Under the pieces are notes generated by a model that did no database searches, was not told the origin of the DNA, and saw nothing but the letters and a program-made list of their open reading frames with translations. Below, one piece after another: positions 1 through 18,317 of a stretch of DNA of 64,000 bases; position 1 is the stretch's first letter; each line of letters starts with the position of its first letter. Position numbers and translations under genes: made by a program. Source of the stretch: the human T2T-CHM13v2.0 reference genome, Homo sapiens; NCBI RefSeq assembly GCF_009914755.1, contig NC_060941.1. One strand, 5' to 3'.

Positions 1-41
1 TCTCATCAGTTTATAAGTCAGTATTTTATTAGGGATGTCGG

Positions 42-370
42 GGTTTTTTTGTTTCGTTTTGTTTTGGGGGGGTTGTTTTTTGTTGTTGTTGTTTTGAGAC
101 AGGGTCTTGCTTTGTCACCCAGGCTGGAGTGCAGTGGTACGATCACAGCTCACTGAAGCCTTGACCTCCCAGGCGCAAATGATCCTCCTACTCAGCCTCC
201 CAAATAGCGGGGACTACAGGCGAACACCATGCCTTCCTAATTCGAATTTTTGTCCAGATGGGGTGTCACTTTATTGCCGAGGCTGGTCTTCAACTCCTGG
301 GCTTGAGTGATCCTCCCACCTTAGTCTCCCAAATCACTGGAATTATAATTGTGAATCACTGTGCTTGCCC
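42..370 (-). mobile_element. Alu (old, AluJ-like)
   Basis: Antisense Alu body preceded by a degenerate T-rich tail. Confidence 0.85.
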
Positions 371-569
371 AAAGATGTGTTTTTATCCCCAGTGCACTAC
401 AGGCCTTTGGCTTTAACATCTGTATCATAGAAAAGTTTATATTTTTATATAATGTTAACTGTTAGTGTTTTCTTTTGTTATTTCTTTTTGTTTGTTTGAA
501 GGTTTTCCCTCTCCAATCTTATTTGTTACAAATAAACTATTAAGTTTCATTCTCTGTTTTATGCACGTG

Positions 570-607
570 CACACACAGACACACACACAGATACACACAC
601 ACACACA
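570..607. repeat. (CA)n microsatellite
   Basis: Interrupted CA run. Confidence 0.85.
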
Positions 608-1027
608 GGCGTTTGATCCACCTTTCTTTATTTAATCTGATGTGAGCTGTGCGTCTTTCTCTCCCGGTTAGATAGCTGGTCATGCCAGCACTATTACCAG
701 AACCATCCTTTGTCCACTGAATTGAAATCCCACCTTTACATGATTCATTTCATCTGCATTCGGAGAGAACTGCCCTAAGTATGCCCCCATTTCTTTTTCT
801 TTTGAGTTAGATCTGCTTTAAAATATTAATGAGTTATTAGATTGCTTATATTATTTTTAACTCACCTTTCATTTTAAATTGTCATCTTTAATTTATGTCT
901 TCTTATTTTATTGAATTTTAAGGTAGATACTATCAGTGTCAAATTGTTTCTGGTCATGAATTTACAAACGTTGGTCCTCTCTTGAGTGCAGTTTCCCCTT
1001 CACTTTGTATTATGAAATATTTGCATT

Positions 1028-1345
<318 letters not shown>

Positions 1346-2578
1346 AAATATTTGCATCAAGCAGGGCATTATTTTGTTCATCACCTTCTCTTGCTGAAGC
1401 AGATCCAGGTGTGGCAGGGCCTGACATTTGGCCCAGGTCAGTGTCTGGATCCTGCTCAGTTCCACTGCCTTTACCTGACAGTGCTTAGGATCTTATGACT
1501 GAAACGCGTTGGAAGGCTCTTGAAGGTGCATATATATTACATATTGAAAGATACAGAAGCTCAGGTAGGGTAGAAAAGGGTGAGTGCCTAACGGGGAAAT
1601 TCACCTGTGCCCAGTTTGTTCTCTGCTTGGTGAGCCTGGAATACAGAGCCAACTCTCTGGGTCTACATTTGCGTGCCCCTCGTCCATTTTAGATGCACGC
1701 CATGGCTTTTCCTGCCCTGTCCCTTGTCACTACTGTCCTTTGTGTCTGGGGTAAACCAACCTTGGCCTCCTCAGATGTAAATTCCTCTTGTTCCCGATCC
1801 TTTGCCAGAACGCCCTGCATCTCTCTGGGCTTCTCGTGCTCCTCACCAGCCCTGGCCTTCTAGGGTGGGGGACATTAGTGGAGGGTTTCCCTGATCTCCA
1901 TTTTCTTTGGAAGGGATTTGGGGGAAAGCTCTTGGTATTTTATTTTAATTTCCCCCCCACCACATACTCTCTATTAGCAGAAATTCTTCAAAGTGTAGGC
2001 TTGTAGATGATACCTGACTACAAGATTTTTACTGTTTCTTTGATTCTTTTTGTTCAGATTTGTAGATGAAGATGCTTATGTTCAAATTGCCATCTTATCC
2101 TGTTTGATTTTGTTGTTGAATATGCTTATATTGAAATTTGAAAGTGAAATTCAGAAGATACTGTTTTGACATCTGGAGAGAGAGTACTTCATAATTTCTG
2201 TCTCACAATAGAGGGACAAACTTCTCTTAGATTCTTTTTGTGTAAAACAATAAGAAGTATTTAGAGAAAATTACGCTCCAGGCAAGGGCATAGAATGAGC
2301 AAAGGCACAGAGGCAGGACATAAAAGAAAAAAAACTTCAGGTGGCTGGGTGTATAGTCCAAAAACTAGATGGGTAGAGGGGACTCATGGGAGATCAATTG
2401 AAAGGCCTGGGGCTGGGCTTCATCCAGGTGTTCAGGAAAGATCCCAGCAGGCATGAGCATGTGGTTGGCACAACCTGCCCTCTTCACAAATATTAATCTG
2501 CCAGTTGTGAAGGTAGCAGTGGTGCCATGCAACGCTTCCCAAATGGAGTTACCCTTGAATACTTAAAAAATCATCATG

Positions 2579-2715
2579 GGCTGGGCATGGTGGCTCACGC
2601 CTGTAATCCCAGCATTTTGGGAGGCCAAGGTGGATGAATCACTTAATGTGATGAGTTCAAGACCAGCCTGGCCAACATGGCAAAACCCTGTTTCTACTGA
2701 ACATTAAAAAAAAAA
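2579..2715 (+). mobile_element. Alu left monomer only
   Basis: Alu 5' arm ending in an A-run. Confidence 0.8.
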
Positions 2716-3449
2716 TCTTGTATAGGAGCTCACCTGTGCCTGGATCAGAATAAACAACGTAAAGTGGTGTCTTGAGGAAGTAAAAGCTATAGACAATCAC
2801 TGGCAATTGAAGACTCTGTTCTCTAATATAACAAAGAAAGCAACAAATTAGAGAGGTTAAATAAAAGTTTTAAAGGGAAATAATTACAGACATATATGTA
2901 TGTGGTCTTAAATGACAAGGTAAGACGTAGAAGGCAGACCAGCGTTCAGTGAGGAGGGCCGTGCACCTTGTTGTGCTCTGTGGAAACGCTGCCTGCTTAT
3001 AGGGTGCGTGCGTGTCACCTGCTGTGTGTGACACACCATCAGAAAGTCTGGCCTCCAAATGTTATTCACAGGTATGGGTTGCCACCTTGTAAGAACAGAT
3101 TATTGTACAAAAATAGGAATGTTGAAAGAAATATTGGGAATGTTTTTTCTTAAATATTATTATATTTTAAGAAGAAATACCATCAGCATTATTTTTGGAA
3201 CCGTGTATACCTCTTACAGAACACTTGTGCACAACAGAAAATTTGAGAAAGGCCTGGCCAGAGCTGGATTTGCATCCCAGATTTACCATTCATGAACCAT
3301 GTGACCATCATCAAATTTTCCTCTAAAATAAGAGATAATGTGTGGAGGTTTTGTGGAAAATTAAATTAGATAACATTTTTAAGACACATGGTACTGTGCC
3401 TGTCATATACAGTGGAGTTATACTGTATTAGTTTGTTCTCACTTTGCTA

Positions 3450-3788
<339 letters not shown>

Positions 3789-3811
3789 TTATAAAGAAAA
3801 AAGGTTTAATT

Positions 3812-4110
<299 letters not shown>

Positions 4111-4591
4111 AGGTTTAATTGACTCACAGTTCTACAGGTCACACAGGAAGCATGGCTAGGGAGGCATCAGGAAACTTACAATCATGGTGGAAGGTGAAGG
4201 GGATGCAGGTACATATTCACATGGCTGGCAGGAGAGAGAGTGAATGAAGCAGGAGGTGCTACATACTTTCAAGCAACCAGATCCCTTGAGAACTCTTATC
4301 GCAAGACAGCACTAGGAGGACGGTGCTAAACCGTTAGAAACTGCCCCCATGAGCCAGTCACCTCTCACTGGGCCCCACCTCCAACAATGGGAATTACAAT
4401 TCAACATGAGATTTGGGTGGGGACACAGAACCAAACCATATTATGTATGTATATTTGTTTCAGTGAAATTTTCTGTCATTAACATAGTTTTATATTCTGG
4501 GGACAAGCAGAACACATGCTTCATTTTGTTGTGTTAAATGTAGCCCCTAAACACAAAGCAACTATTTCATCAGTGATGTAACTAAAGAAAG

Positions 4592-4906
<315 letters not shown>

Positions 4907-4913
4907 CTAATAG

Positions 4914-5373
<460 letters not shown>

Positions 5374-6609
5374 TAACATGGTGAGTATTTAGTGAGTATT
5401 TCTCTAATCTGCTTAAATGATGCAGGGCTTTCTCATACTGACTCGTATTGTTCTAGCCAAGCAGACTGAGCATTTGAAATAACATTTTAGGATGCCCAAA
5501 GACAGGGGTACTGGAAATTAATTCTTGTGGCCTTGCTTTTTTCTTATACACTCTGAATGAGTCTATTTATCATTCAATATTTTGAATTGCAGAGAAACTT
5601 AGATAACTGAAAGGAATACCTCAGCAGAATGTAGGCTTCTCTATTTTGTTCTTATTAAATTATCAAAGAAGAAAATGAACATGAGTTATTTAAAATGATT
5701 GTCCTTGGAGGCCTTTGGGACCAAGTCATTTAAATGGACTGATAAGAAGGTGGCCCGTTTTGTGTCTTGATGACCTTCCTGAGAATGGCTGGCACAGACA
5801 GAGATTTTTTTCTCCTCAGACCTAACCTGATTTCATTCTGTTTCTGCATATTTGCCAACCTGATTTTATTCTGTGTAACATAAAGGGGAAAATGTGAAAA
5901 CCAGTTCCTGTCAGTAAACCTTTAAAAATTATTTAAAAACCCAACCCCTTACAGTTTGTTAAGTTCCTAATGGTTTCTTCCAATGAAGTTTTCAGTTTAC
6001 TGATTTTTTTTCCACTCAGAAGAAGGGGCTGTGAAGTCAAGAGTGTAAGACAGTGTGGGTTAACTGTTTTAAGTTCTGTTTCTGTGAAATGTATTCTATT
6101 CATGTTTACAGAGCAACAGAGGAAAGCTTAGAGAATTAAGTACACCGTAAATTCAACCACAGAAGCTTATGAGTAGCTAGATTAACTTCAAAACAATCAG
6201 TAAATAAATATTTTAAACTTCCACTGACCTTTTTAAAAATCTACTTCCAGATATGTTGTTTGAACTATTCTCATAAATTAGTCATCTTGCAAAACAGCTG
6301 TGACAATATGATGTAATGAAGAGAGCAATGATTTAGCAGTCAGAAGGCTGGGAGTCCTTGTCTTGGCTCATTCACAGGGAGATCACATGACATGCCAAAG
6401 TCCCCTAGATAAGGGAGCCATACATGAGAGGATTGAGGATTGGGTCAATGATCTATCATAAAAGACTTTCTGTGAGTCTGTGCTTACACTTAGAAACCTC
6501 ACAAAGAACACATCAGGGAATTTGGGTGAGAGCAGGAGCTTCAGCTCATGCAGAATGCAGTGTTATTTTAGAGTTGTGTTGCGACTCTTAGGCTTAGAAG
6601 ACAGAATGT

Positions 6610-7030
6610 CTGAGTCAGGATTCTGTTGTGTATAATGGATTGCACTCTCGTTGGCTTAGACGGAAAAGCGTTAAATGGCTTGCAGAATTGTTGGGAGGGC
6701 TGAGCTTCCAGGAGCAGCTCCCAAAGTCTCCACACAGAATTGGACCACCAGGGAACCTGCTCCCTCCACCAGGACAGGAGCCTTAACTTCAGAAAGCTGC
6801 CCACCCAGTTGGAAAGCTGCCACCACAGTTACCAGCACCAGAAGCATCTTGTCTCTGCTACAGTCTCTGTGCACATAGTGAACGCCCTGTGCCCTGCCTC
6901 TCTCCCCCTGACTCAGGTGCCACTCCGGGTCTCGCTCAAGTCTTTCTGATGATGGAACTTAAATCACGCCCAAAATCCCAGCTGCAGGAGAGCTCTGAGA
7001 TTTCATCTTTCCAGCCTCTGTGTGCCACGT
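6610..7030. mobile_element. Old MaLR (MLT1-like) LTR relic
   Basis: Degenerate similarity to MLT1 LTRs by eye. Confidence 0.4.
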
Positions 7031-7408
7031 GGGGTTTGGAGCATTTGCCAACAAGCCAATCCACTGCATTCACCATTGACAATAAGCAAAATGTTTATGA
7101 TCAGTAACATTTGCATTTTTTCACAATTTGCAGCATATAGACTTCTTAATTAGAGCTAATGTCAAGTCATTCTACATATAAAAATATCATTTTTGACCGT
7201 TTCTCAAGAAACAGCTTTTTAAAAAATCAAGAGCAATGCCTACATTATTTCCTGATGCAAAGCTGGTAGAGAAAATAGGATGTTAAATTTAGAATTTCCC
7301 TTCCAGCTTTGTTTATTTTCTCCACATCAGCTCTGTTTTCCTCTGTGTCTTTTTCTCCCATGGGGACGTCTTCCACCTTTTCAGTTTGATTTGACCTTTG
7401 CCGTGCAG

Positions 7409-7553
7409 ACCTGTGGATGAAGAGCCAGAGTCCCCCAAGGTCGATGCTGCTGGCCAGTGGCCTGGTGTGTGTGTTAACAGAACATCTCCAACGCCCTCAG
7501 AGCCCATGACCACCATAAGTCACTCATCAAGTCATTTGACTTGGGATGCCCTG
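7409..7553 (+). pseudogene. SPECC1-like exon remnant A with 1-nt deletion frameshift near 7515-7519
   Basis: CAG acceptor (AG 7407-7408) and GTATTT donor at 7554. Reads [35 protein letters not shown], then shifts frame to [16 protein letters not shown]1 as recalled: [48 protein letters not shown]. Confidence 0.92.
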
Positions 7554-8125
7554 GTATTTAATCATTTTTTTCTATAAGCAAAGTTCCACATTCAAACTTT
7601 GGCCCGACATATCAAACGTTTCTTGACTGTACCCTGGCCCCACGTTGTTACAACCACAAGGGCACTTTCCAGGTACTACCACATGGAGCCGCTGCAGGCA
7701 GGAGCCTGGCCCAGGCTCCGGGGAGGCACTGATGGAGAGCCTGACTCATGAGTAACAAAAGCAGCCTCTTCCTCTCTACCTCTTCCTCCTCTCCAGTTCC
7801 TGCCTTGCCTCATTTCTTTTCTGCCTCTCATAGCCATTAAATTCAGGTCACTACTATTTGCCATTTTCTTATTTCATGAGAAATAGCACGGTCAGCCAGA
7901 GGCTTCATCTCCAAGGAAACCAGGCATCACAACTGTGCACCTGACCCTTTTGTAGGCACCCTTGGCCATCCCCATCTTGCAGCCTGCTAGACATTTTTCT
8001 ACCTGGTCTTGTATGTGAGCACCTGTGTTGATCTGTCACTTCTGATCTTGGTGTGCTCCCAGGTTTCCTGGAATTTTCTGATAGACTCACAATACCCCTT
8101 TAGTCATGTTTATCTTCATGTATGA

Positions 8126-8566
<441 letters not shown>

Positions 8567-9007
8567 GGCTGTAGTAAAAATTAATCCTAGAATGTACCCG
8601 GTTATTATCTCTGCTAAAATAGTTTGCAATTAAATTAAATGAAGATTAAACTACACATATTGAAAGACATGAAAGCCCAGTGAGTGAGTCAGTGAAAATG
8701 GGAAATGAATTAACAGTCACAGTTTGTGCAAGAACTTTCCTGTTCCTTCCTCCCCTAGGCACCTCATTATTTAAACATATTCGTTTTACTCAGTTGTCCT
8801 ACATCTAGGACTGGCCTCCACTCAGCTAACTCCTCCTCCCCTCTCATTTCTCCAATTCAGCTCTAGTCCAGAGGAGAAAAGAATAATAAATATCACACTA
8901 AACACCATGGAATACTTCTCAAGTCACCAAAGAGGTAAATCAAAAAGTATTATTTGCTATTTTGAACTGGAACAACATGTAAATGTTCCCATCTCTTTTC
9001 TTGGCAG

Positions 9008-9107
9008 ATGGAACTGGACAGAATACTTCTGTCCATAAGGCCCTTAGAAGCCCCCTAAGCGAAATACCAATGAGGACCTCCCCAGCAGCTGCTGTCTCTC
9101 CTGCCAG
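9008..9107 (+). pseudogene. SPECC1-like exon remnant B (100 nt; 1 nt short, frameshift at 3' end)
   Basis: CAG acceptor and GTAGAT donor. Reads [32 protein letters not shown] vs SPECC1 [33 protein letters not shown]. Confidence 0.92.
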
Positions 9108-9285
9108 GTAGATGAGCCCCAGGAATAACCACTGCTTATGGTTTGTTGTATATCCCTCTAGATGTTTTTCTTTATACATATGTGTGTGTGTGTGTGTCTG
9201 TGTCTGTGTGTGTAGAGAGAGGGTGTGTGTTGTGTAAATTGGATTATACTACACGTTAGTCCAACACTTACTCATTTCACTTTAT

Positions 9286-9420
9286 CATTGGAATGTGAGC
9301 TCCGTGAGGACCAAGATTTTTGTTTATTTTGCTTGCTAACACATCTTTTGTCGGTAACAGGGAGTGAAACATGGTCACATCATGATAGAAGCTCAACAAA
9401 TATTTGTTGAATGAATAAAG
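9286..9420 (+). mobile_element. L2 3' end
   Basis: GAATGTGAGCTCCGTGAGG...GCTCAACAAATATTTGTTGAATGAAT is a typical L2 tail. Confidence 0.7.
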
Positions 9421-9614
9421 GAATATGTCTGAGACATCTTTACATTGCAACATTTGGAGAAATGATTCCTTTTTGTAAAGGTTATATAATACACATCAAT
9501 TTATATAGCCATACTTCTACTGATAGATTTTAGGTTACTTGGGGTAAACAATAAAGTGAAGATCCTTATGCAATTTTTTGACCACTAAAGGGGCTATTTC
9601 TGCATAAGGGTGGA

Positions 9615-10145
9615 TCAAGATTCATTTGCAAATATGAGAGATCACTGTAGTTAAGCAGAAAGGGATTTAATCCAGGGCATTTGGTACTGGAAGGGCTGGA
9701 GAAGGCAGTAGGCTCTGTCCACTGAGCTTCCAGGAAGGGTTCCCAGAGCATCTCAATGCTGGTCCAGTAAAGGAGCTTCTGTTCCTGCCAGAATCAGGAA
9801 GTCTTTCTGTAGGTACATGCCCAGGTCCACCACTGCTGCCAAGATCTAGGATCAGCCTTGGGACCACACAGCCACAGGTGCAGTCCATGCCAGCACACCA
9901 TGCTCTGTGCCTGCCTCATACTGCCCAGAAGATGATGGAACAGACCTAAGAATCTCCACTTCCCTGCCACAGAACAGCAAATGCCTTCCCAGCCATGCTT
10001 GCCAGGAGAAGCTGCAGAAGGGCAGCCTTCTACTCCCTGTACCTTCCACGTCCTCTGAGAAGGGGCCTGTTTGACAGAAACTAGGCCACTTAATAAGCCA
10101 AGCTTTAAGGACTTTGGCAAATACACCCCTTAGCTTTCCAGTCTC
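9615..10145. mobile_element. Old MaLR (MLT1-like) LTR relic
   Basis: Degenerate MLT1-like motifs. Confidence 0.4.
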
Positions 10146-10949
10146 ATATAAGTCAGTAAATCACCCTTCAAAGAGACGAGGATGGAATCAAGTGAGCCTG
10201 TCCTGAGATCTTCCACACATTGATTCCTAGAAAAGGAAAATGGAGTCCTAGAAAAGGAAGTGTATTTGACCTGTCCTGGCACGTTGAAAAACTTGATAGA
10301 CACATTGCCCTCAGTTTACCCTCCCACTCATACCATGCAAGGTACTGTTTTCCCAGAATTTTCACACTCTATAAATTTTAAAGATTAAGTAAATGAACAA
10401 TAATAACTTGATTTACTTTGTCCTTCAGTAAGGTTGAGCACTTCGTATGTTTACAGACCGTTTATTTTTTATATGTGTGAATGAAAACTTACATACTTTG
10501 TCTGTATTTATTTTGAGGTATTAGTCTTTTTCCTATTTGTAAGAAATCTTGATATATTGTGCTTTTTAGCTTTTTTATATGTAATGCTATTATTTTCTTT
10601 GAACTTTCTTTGAAGTTATATTTTACTGAAGAAAAATGTTGCATCTTGTATTCAGTGCTTTCCTTTATGATTTTAAGTGTTTTGTTTCCTACCTTAAAAA
10701 GACCTTTCTAGCTATTAGATTATGAAAATATTCTTCCTTAACATCTTAAAGAAGTCTTTTATTTGTTCAGTCTTAAAACCCATAGAAACATGGGTTTGAA
10801 TTTAAGTGATCTTTCCCTATCTTAACTGACTTCTGGACTCAGAAATAAGTACTCTTTGAAGGAAGATTACATCATCCAGAACCTCAACTTATAGCCACAT
10901 TAAAAAAATATATGGTGTCATAGTCAATTTAAAAAATACTAAGTATACA

Positions 10950-13030
<2,081 letters not shown>

Positions 13031-13292
13031 CAGCTCATTTCAAAAGCAAGATATAAAACTACTTTTGAAAACTGTATACCATTATATTTATGTGAGACAT
13101 GGATACATGGAATTGTGTTTAATGCGATGTGGAGTAGGACCTCTAAGGGAAAGAATGCTTTGGAAAACCTCACAATGGCCCTCCTCACTCATGTGCACAG
13201 ACAGATGTACCAGGATATTCGTTTCCTAATGCTTATATCAATATCAATGCCAGTATTAACAGAGAATCGATCAAATAAATTATGGTAATGAA

Positions 13293-13800
<508 letters not shown>

Positions 13801-14014
13801 TGGCCCCAGAGCCCTGTGCTTGGCCTCTTGTGTAACACTTCCCATGAGAAGCCACCAAAAAGGTAGATAGAGAATGACCAGTAAGTGAAAGAAGCAAAAC
13901 GGTATGCAAAGCAATGGAATCCTGTGATAACATTTGTGTTTTTAGAATAACAGAGGGTTTTTCTTCAAGGGTTTTCCTTGAATAATATCACTCTCACCTG
14001 CATTCTGAAATGCT

Positions 14015-16823
14015 TTTTTTTAATGGTGGTAAAACAAATACACCATGAAAACTACCCTCTTAACAAATTTTTAAGTACGGTTAACTATAAGCACAATGTT
14101 GTACAGCAGATCTCCAGAAACTTTTTCTAAAATTTCAACTTTATTTCAGATTCAGGGTACATGTGCAGGTTTGTTACAATGGGTATATTGTGGGATGCTG
14201 AGGTTTGGGGTACAATTGATCCCATCATTCGGGTGGTGAGCATAGTATCCAATAGGTAGTTTTTCAACCTTTGCCCCCCTCCCCATTCTACCACTCTCCA
14301 ATGTCTATTGTTGCCATCTTTTTGTCCTCTAGAACTTTTTTATCTTGCTTGACTGAAACTGTACCCACTGAACAACTCCCCACTTGCCCTCCCCACAACC
14401 TCTGGCAGCCACCACTCTACTCTCTGCTTCTGTGAGTTTGACTACTTTAGATTCTTCACTGATACGGTTTCCCTCTGTGTCCCCACCCAAATCTCATCTC
14501 GAATTGTAATCTCCATAATCCCCATGTGTCTAGGGAGGGACTTGGTGGGATGTGATGGGGTCCATTTCCCCCATGCTGTTCTTCGGATAGTGAGTGCTCA
14601 CGAGATCTGATGGTTTTATAAGTGTTTGACAGTTCCTGGTTTTATAAGTGTTTGACAGTTCCTCCTCCACATGCACTCTGTCTTTCTCTGTCCCCGCCTT
14701 CCCCCACCTTCCTCCTGCCACCTTGTGAAGAAGGTGCCTATTTCCCTTTCTACCATGATTGTAAGTCTCCTAAAGCCTCCTCAGCCATGTGAAACTGTGA
14801 GTCAATTAAACCTCTTTATAAATTCCCAGCCTCAGGGAAGGTCTTTATAGCCGCGTGAAAACTGACTAATAGTGTAAATTTGTAGCAGTAGAGTCAGGTA
14901 CTGCTATAAAGATAGCCTGAAAATGTGGAAGTGACTTTGGAACTGGGTAACAGGCAGAGGTTAGAACAGTTTGGAGGGCTCAGAACAAGATAGGAAGATG
15001 TGGGAAAGTTTGGAACTTGCTAGAGATTTGTTGAATGGTTTTGACCAAAATGCTGATATGATGTGGAAAATGAAGTCCAGGGTGAGGTGGTCTCAGATGG
15101 GGATGAGGAACTTATTGGGATCTGGAGCAAAGGTCACTCTTGCTGTCTTTTAGCAAAGAGACTGATGGCATTTTGCCCCTGCCTTAGAGATCTGTGGAAC
15201 TTTGAACTTGAGAGAAATGATCTGAAATTGGAACTTATGTTTCAAAGGGAATCAGAGCATAAAAGTTTGGAATATTTGCAGCCTGACAGTACAATAGAAA
15301 TGAAAAACCAACTTTCTGAAGAGATACTCAGACCAGCTGCAGAAATTTACATAACAAGGAGCCGAATGTTAATCACCAAAACAGTGGGAAAAAATGTCCC
15401 CAGGACATGTCAGAGATCTTGGTGGCAGCCTGTCCCATCACAGGCCCAGTGACCTAGGAGTTAAAAATGGTTTTGTGGCCTGGGCCCAGGGCCGCCCTGC
15501 TCTGTGCAGCCTTGGGACTTGGTGCCCTGTGTCCCAGCTGCTCTAGCTCCAGTGGTGGCCAGAAGGGGCCAATGTACAGCTTGGGCCATTGCTTCAGAGG
15601 GTGCAAGCCCCAAGTCTTGGTGGCTTCCATGTGGTGTTGGGCCTGTGGGTACACAGAAGTCAAGAACTGAGGTTTAGGAACCTCTGTCTAGATTTCAGAG
15701 GATGTATGGAAATGCCTGGATGACCAGGCAGAAATCTGCTGCAGGGATGGAACCCTCATGGAGATCCCCTGCTAGGGCAGGGCAAAAGAGAAATGTGAGG
15801 TTGGTGCCCCCACACAGAACCCCCCTGGGGCACTGCCTAGTGGAGCTGTGAGAAGAGGGACACCATCCTCCAGACCCCAGAATGGTAGATCCACTGACAG
15901 TGTGTACCGTGCACCCAGAAAAACCACAGGCACTCAACACCAGCCCGTGAAAGCAGCTAGAAGGGGTGTTGTACCCTGCAAAGCCACAGGGATGGAGCTG
16001 CCCAAGACCATAGGAGCCTACCCCTTGGATCAGTGTGACCTGATGTGAGACATGGAGTCAAGGAGATCGTTTCAGAGCTTTAAGATTTGATGACTGCCCC
16101 ACTGGGTTTTGGACTTGCCTGGGGCCTGTGGCTTCTTTATTTTGGTCAATTTCTCCCATTTGGAACAGGAGCATTTATTCAATGCCTGTACTCCCATTGT
16201 ATCTTGGAGGTAACTGACTTGTTTTTATAGCAGTGTGAAGTGGACTAATACACTCACATACATGGAATCATGCAACATTTGTCCTTCTGTGACCGGCTTC
16301 TTTGACTTAGCATAATGTCTTCAAGGCTCATTTATGTTGTAGCATGAGACAGGATTTCCTTTTTATGGGTGAATATCTCCATTTTATGGGTAATAATATT
16401 CCATTGTATATTATATACCATCTTTTCTTCATCCATTCATCTGGTGGTGGACACTTGGGTTGCATCCACCTCAGCTTTTGTGAATAACACTGCAATGATC
16501 ATGAGAGTGCAAATATCTCTTTGAGATTCTATTTTCAATTCTTTGGGATAAATATCTAGAAGTGGCATTGCTGGATCATTTGGTAGTTCTATTGTTATGT
16601 TTTTGAGGAACCTCCATACTGTTTTTCGTAATGGCTACACCATTGTACGCTCTCATGAACAGTGCACAAGGGTTTCTCTGCCTCCTCACCAGCACTTGTT
16701 TTTTTCTGGGTTTTGATGATGGCCTTCCTAACAGGTGTGAGGTGGCATGTCACTGTGGTTTTGATTTGCATTTCCCTGATGATTAGTGATGTTGAGCATC
16801 TTTTCATATACTTGTTGGCCATT
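14015..16823 (-). mobile_element. L1MB-like 3' end hosting a short L1P 3' fragment (about 14125-14325) and the THE1D element
   Basis: L1 3'UTR/ORF2 antisense on both sides. ORF 16595..16822 (-) translates L1 ORF2 C-terminus-like [18 protein letters not shown]. Confidence 0.8.
14460..16252 (+). mobile_element. THE1D-like MaLR: 5' LTR (14460-14873), internal region, and only the last ~30 nt of the 3' LTR
   Basis: TGATACGGTTT..CCCCACCCAAATCTCATCTCGAATTG start, THE1-int sequence, end GGACTAATACA. 5-bp TSD TTCAC/CTCAC. Confidence 0.88.
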
Positions 16824-17171
16824 CAAAATAGAGTGCTTTTACACACGTCCTTGAATATACAGAGAACATTCCAGGAAAGATATTCACAAAGCTGATTAGT
16901 AATGAGCACTCTTGGGAAGGAGAACTGGGGTGCAGGAGTGAAAGGGAGACTTTCTCTTCACTATTTGCCCTTTTTGTTTCTTTTGAGGATTGTGTCTATT
17001 GCATATATTACCTATTTGAATAAATGAGTTAATTAAAAACTCCCCCAGTTATTCCACTGTGTTTAAGAACTGTTGGACGCACACACGCGTGCGCACACAC
17101 ACACGCACCTGTGTTGGTGCTGTTCTTGATGTTACAAGCTCACCATTCTGTTGCCCCCCTGGTTTTTACAG

Positions 17172-17253
17172 AGGCATCTGGCTTAGAGCAGTGTGCAGTC
17201 GGCCAGCAAAGGGATGACTCAATGCTTGAACTTTCCTGACCTTCCCCTTACAG
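17172..17253 (+). pseudogene. SPECC1-like exon remnant C with in-frame TAG at 17184-17186
   Basis: TTTTTACAG acceptor, GTAAAT donor, 82 nt. Reads RHLA*SSVQSASKGMTQCLNFPDLPLT vs SPECC1 [27 protein letters not shown]. Confidence 0.9.
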
Positions 17254-17431
17254 GTAAATTATATATAAACATAAAAGACTTTTGACTTACTGCAGTTTCA
17301 ACCCCAGAATAATGGACGTGTCATGGACGTTAGATCCAGCAGTGCAGCTGACACAAGGAATAAGTGTCTTATCTCCTGCCAGCTGCACCTCTCAGTGTGC
17401 TTGTGCTAGGGAGACAGAAACTTTGTTGCTG

Positions 17432-17552
17432 ATTTTTTTAAAGACATAGGGTCTTGCTTTGTTGCCCAGGCTGGTCTTGAACTCCTGGCCTCAAGCAGTC
17501 CTCTCACCTAAGCCTCCCAAAGCACTGAGATGTGAACTACCATGCTTGGCCA
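17432..17552 (-). mobile_element. Alu monomer (FLAM-like)
   Basis: Single antisense arm. Confidence 0.75.
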
Positions 17553-18098
17553 AAAAAACCATTCTTTTAATTGCCAAGATGCATACTAAAGTTGAGACCA
17601 CAACAACTATTGCCCTGAAGTAAATACCTCATTGACAGTACTCCCCACTTAGCCCCCTCCAGGCACCTGTCTGCTTGGATGATTCTATTTACTGTAATAA
17701 AGGATCACAGTGACAATTGCTTGCTTCCAGCAATCCCCAGAAGTTGCTTGTCAACATTGAGATCATCAGAAGCTGCAGAAACAGGGATTAATGGGCTGTT
17801 TTTGTTGTTCTCTTTAGTGATGTAAATACTGTTTTTCTCTGCTATTTAGAGCTAATTAGCCCCACTCCCAACTTTAGTACCCATAATTGGTGGCTGTGAG
17901 CTGTAGAAGGATTGTTTTCTTCCGTGACTGTTTGTGGGTCATGGGCAGCAACTGTGGGCCTGGTCTCTGGCTTGCTATGTAGCTCTAAACAAGGCACTTA
18001 GTTCTCTCAGCTCCAGTTTCCCCTATAACTATAAACTAGACAATCTTGAAAGGTTTATCCTGTTCTGTATTTTTATGGTCCTTTAAGAAATATCATCT

Positions 18099-18235
18099 GA
18101 CCAGGTATCATGGCATGCTCCTATAGTCCTAGCTACTCAGAAGGCTGAGGTGGGAGGATCACTTGAGCCCAGGAGGTTAAGTCCAAATCCAGCCTAGGCA
18201 ACATAGCGAAACTCCATATCTAAAAAAGAAAAAGA
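18099..18235 (+). mobile_element. Alu monomer (FLAM/FRAM-like)
   Basis: Single arm; TSD AAGAAATATCATCT. Confidence 0.8.
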
Positions 18236-18317
18236 AATATCATCTGGAGGATTCAGTCTATTTCATTATCTGTTTTGATTGTGACTAATATGACAGCAGA
18301 AAGAGCCTTGAAAGAAT

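Noticed and set aside
15063-15452. 129-aa ORF
   Set aside because: Decayed THE1 internal ORF.
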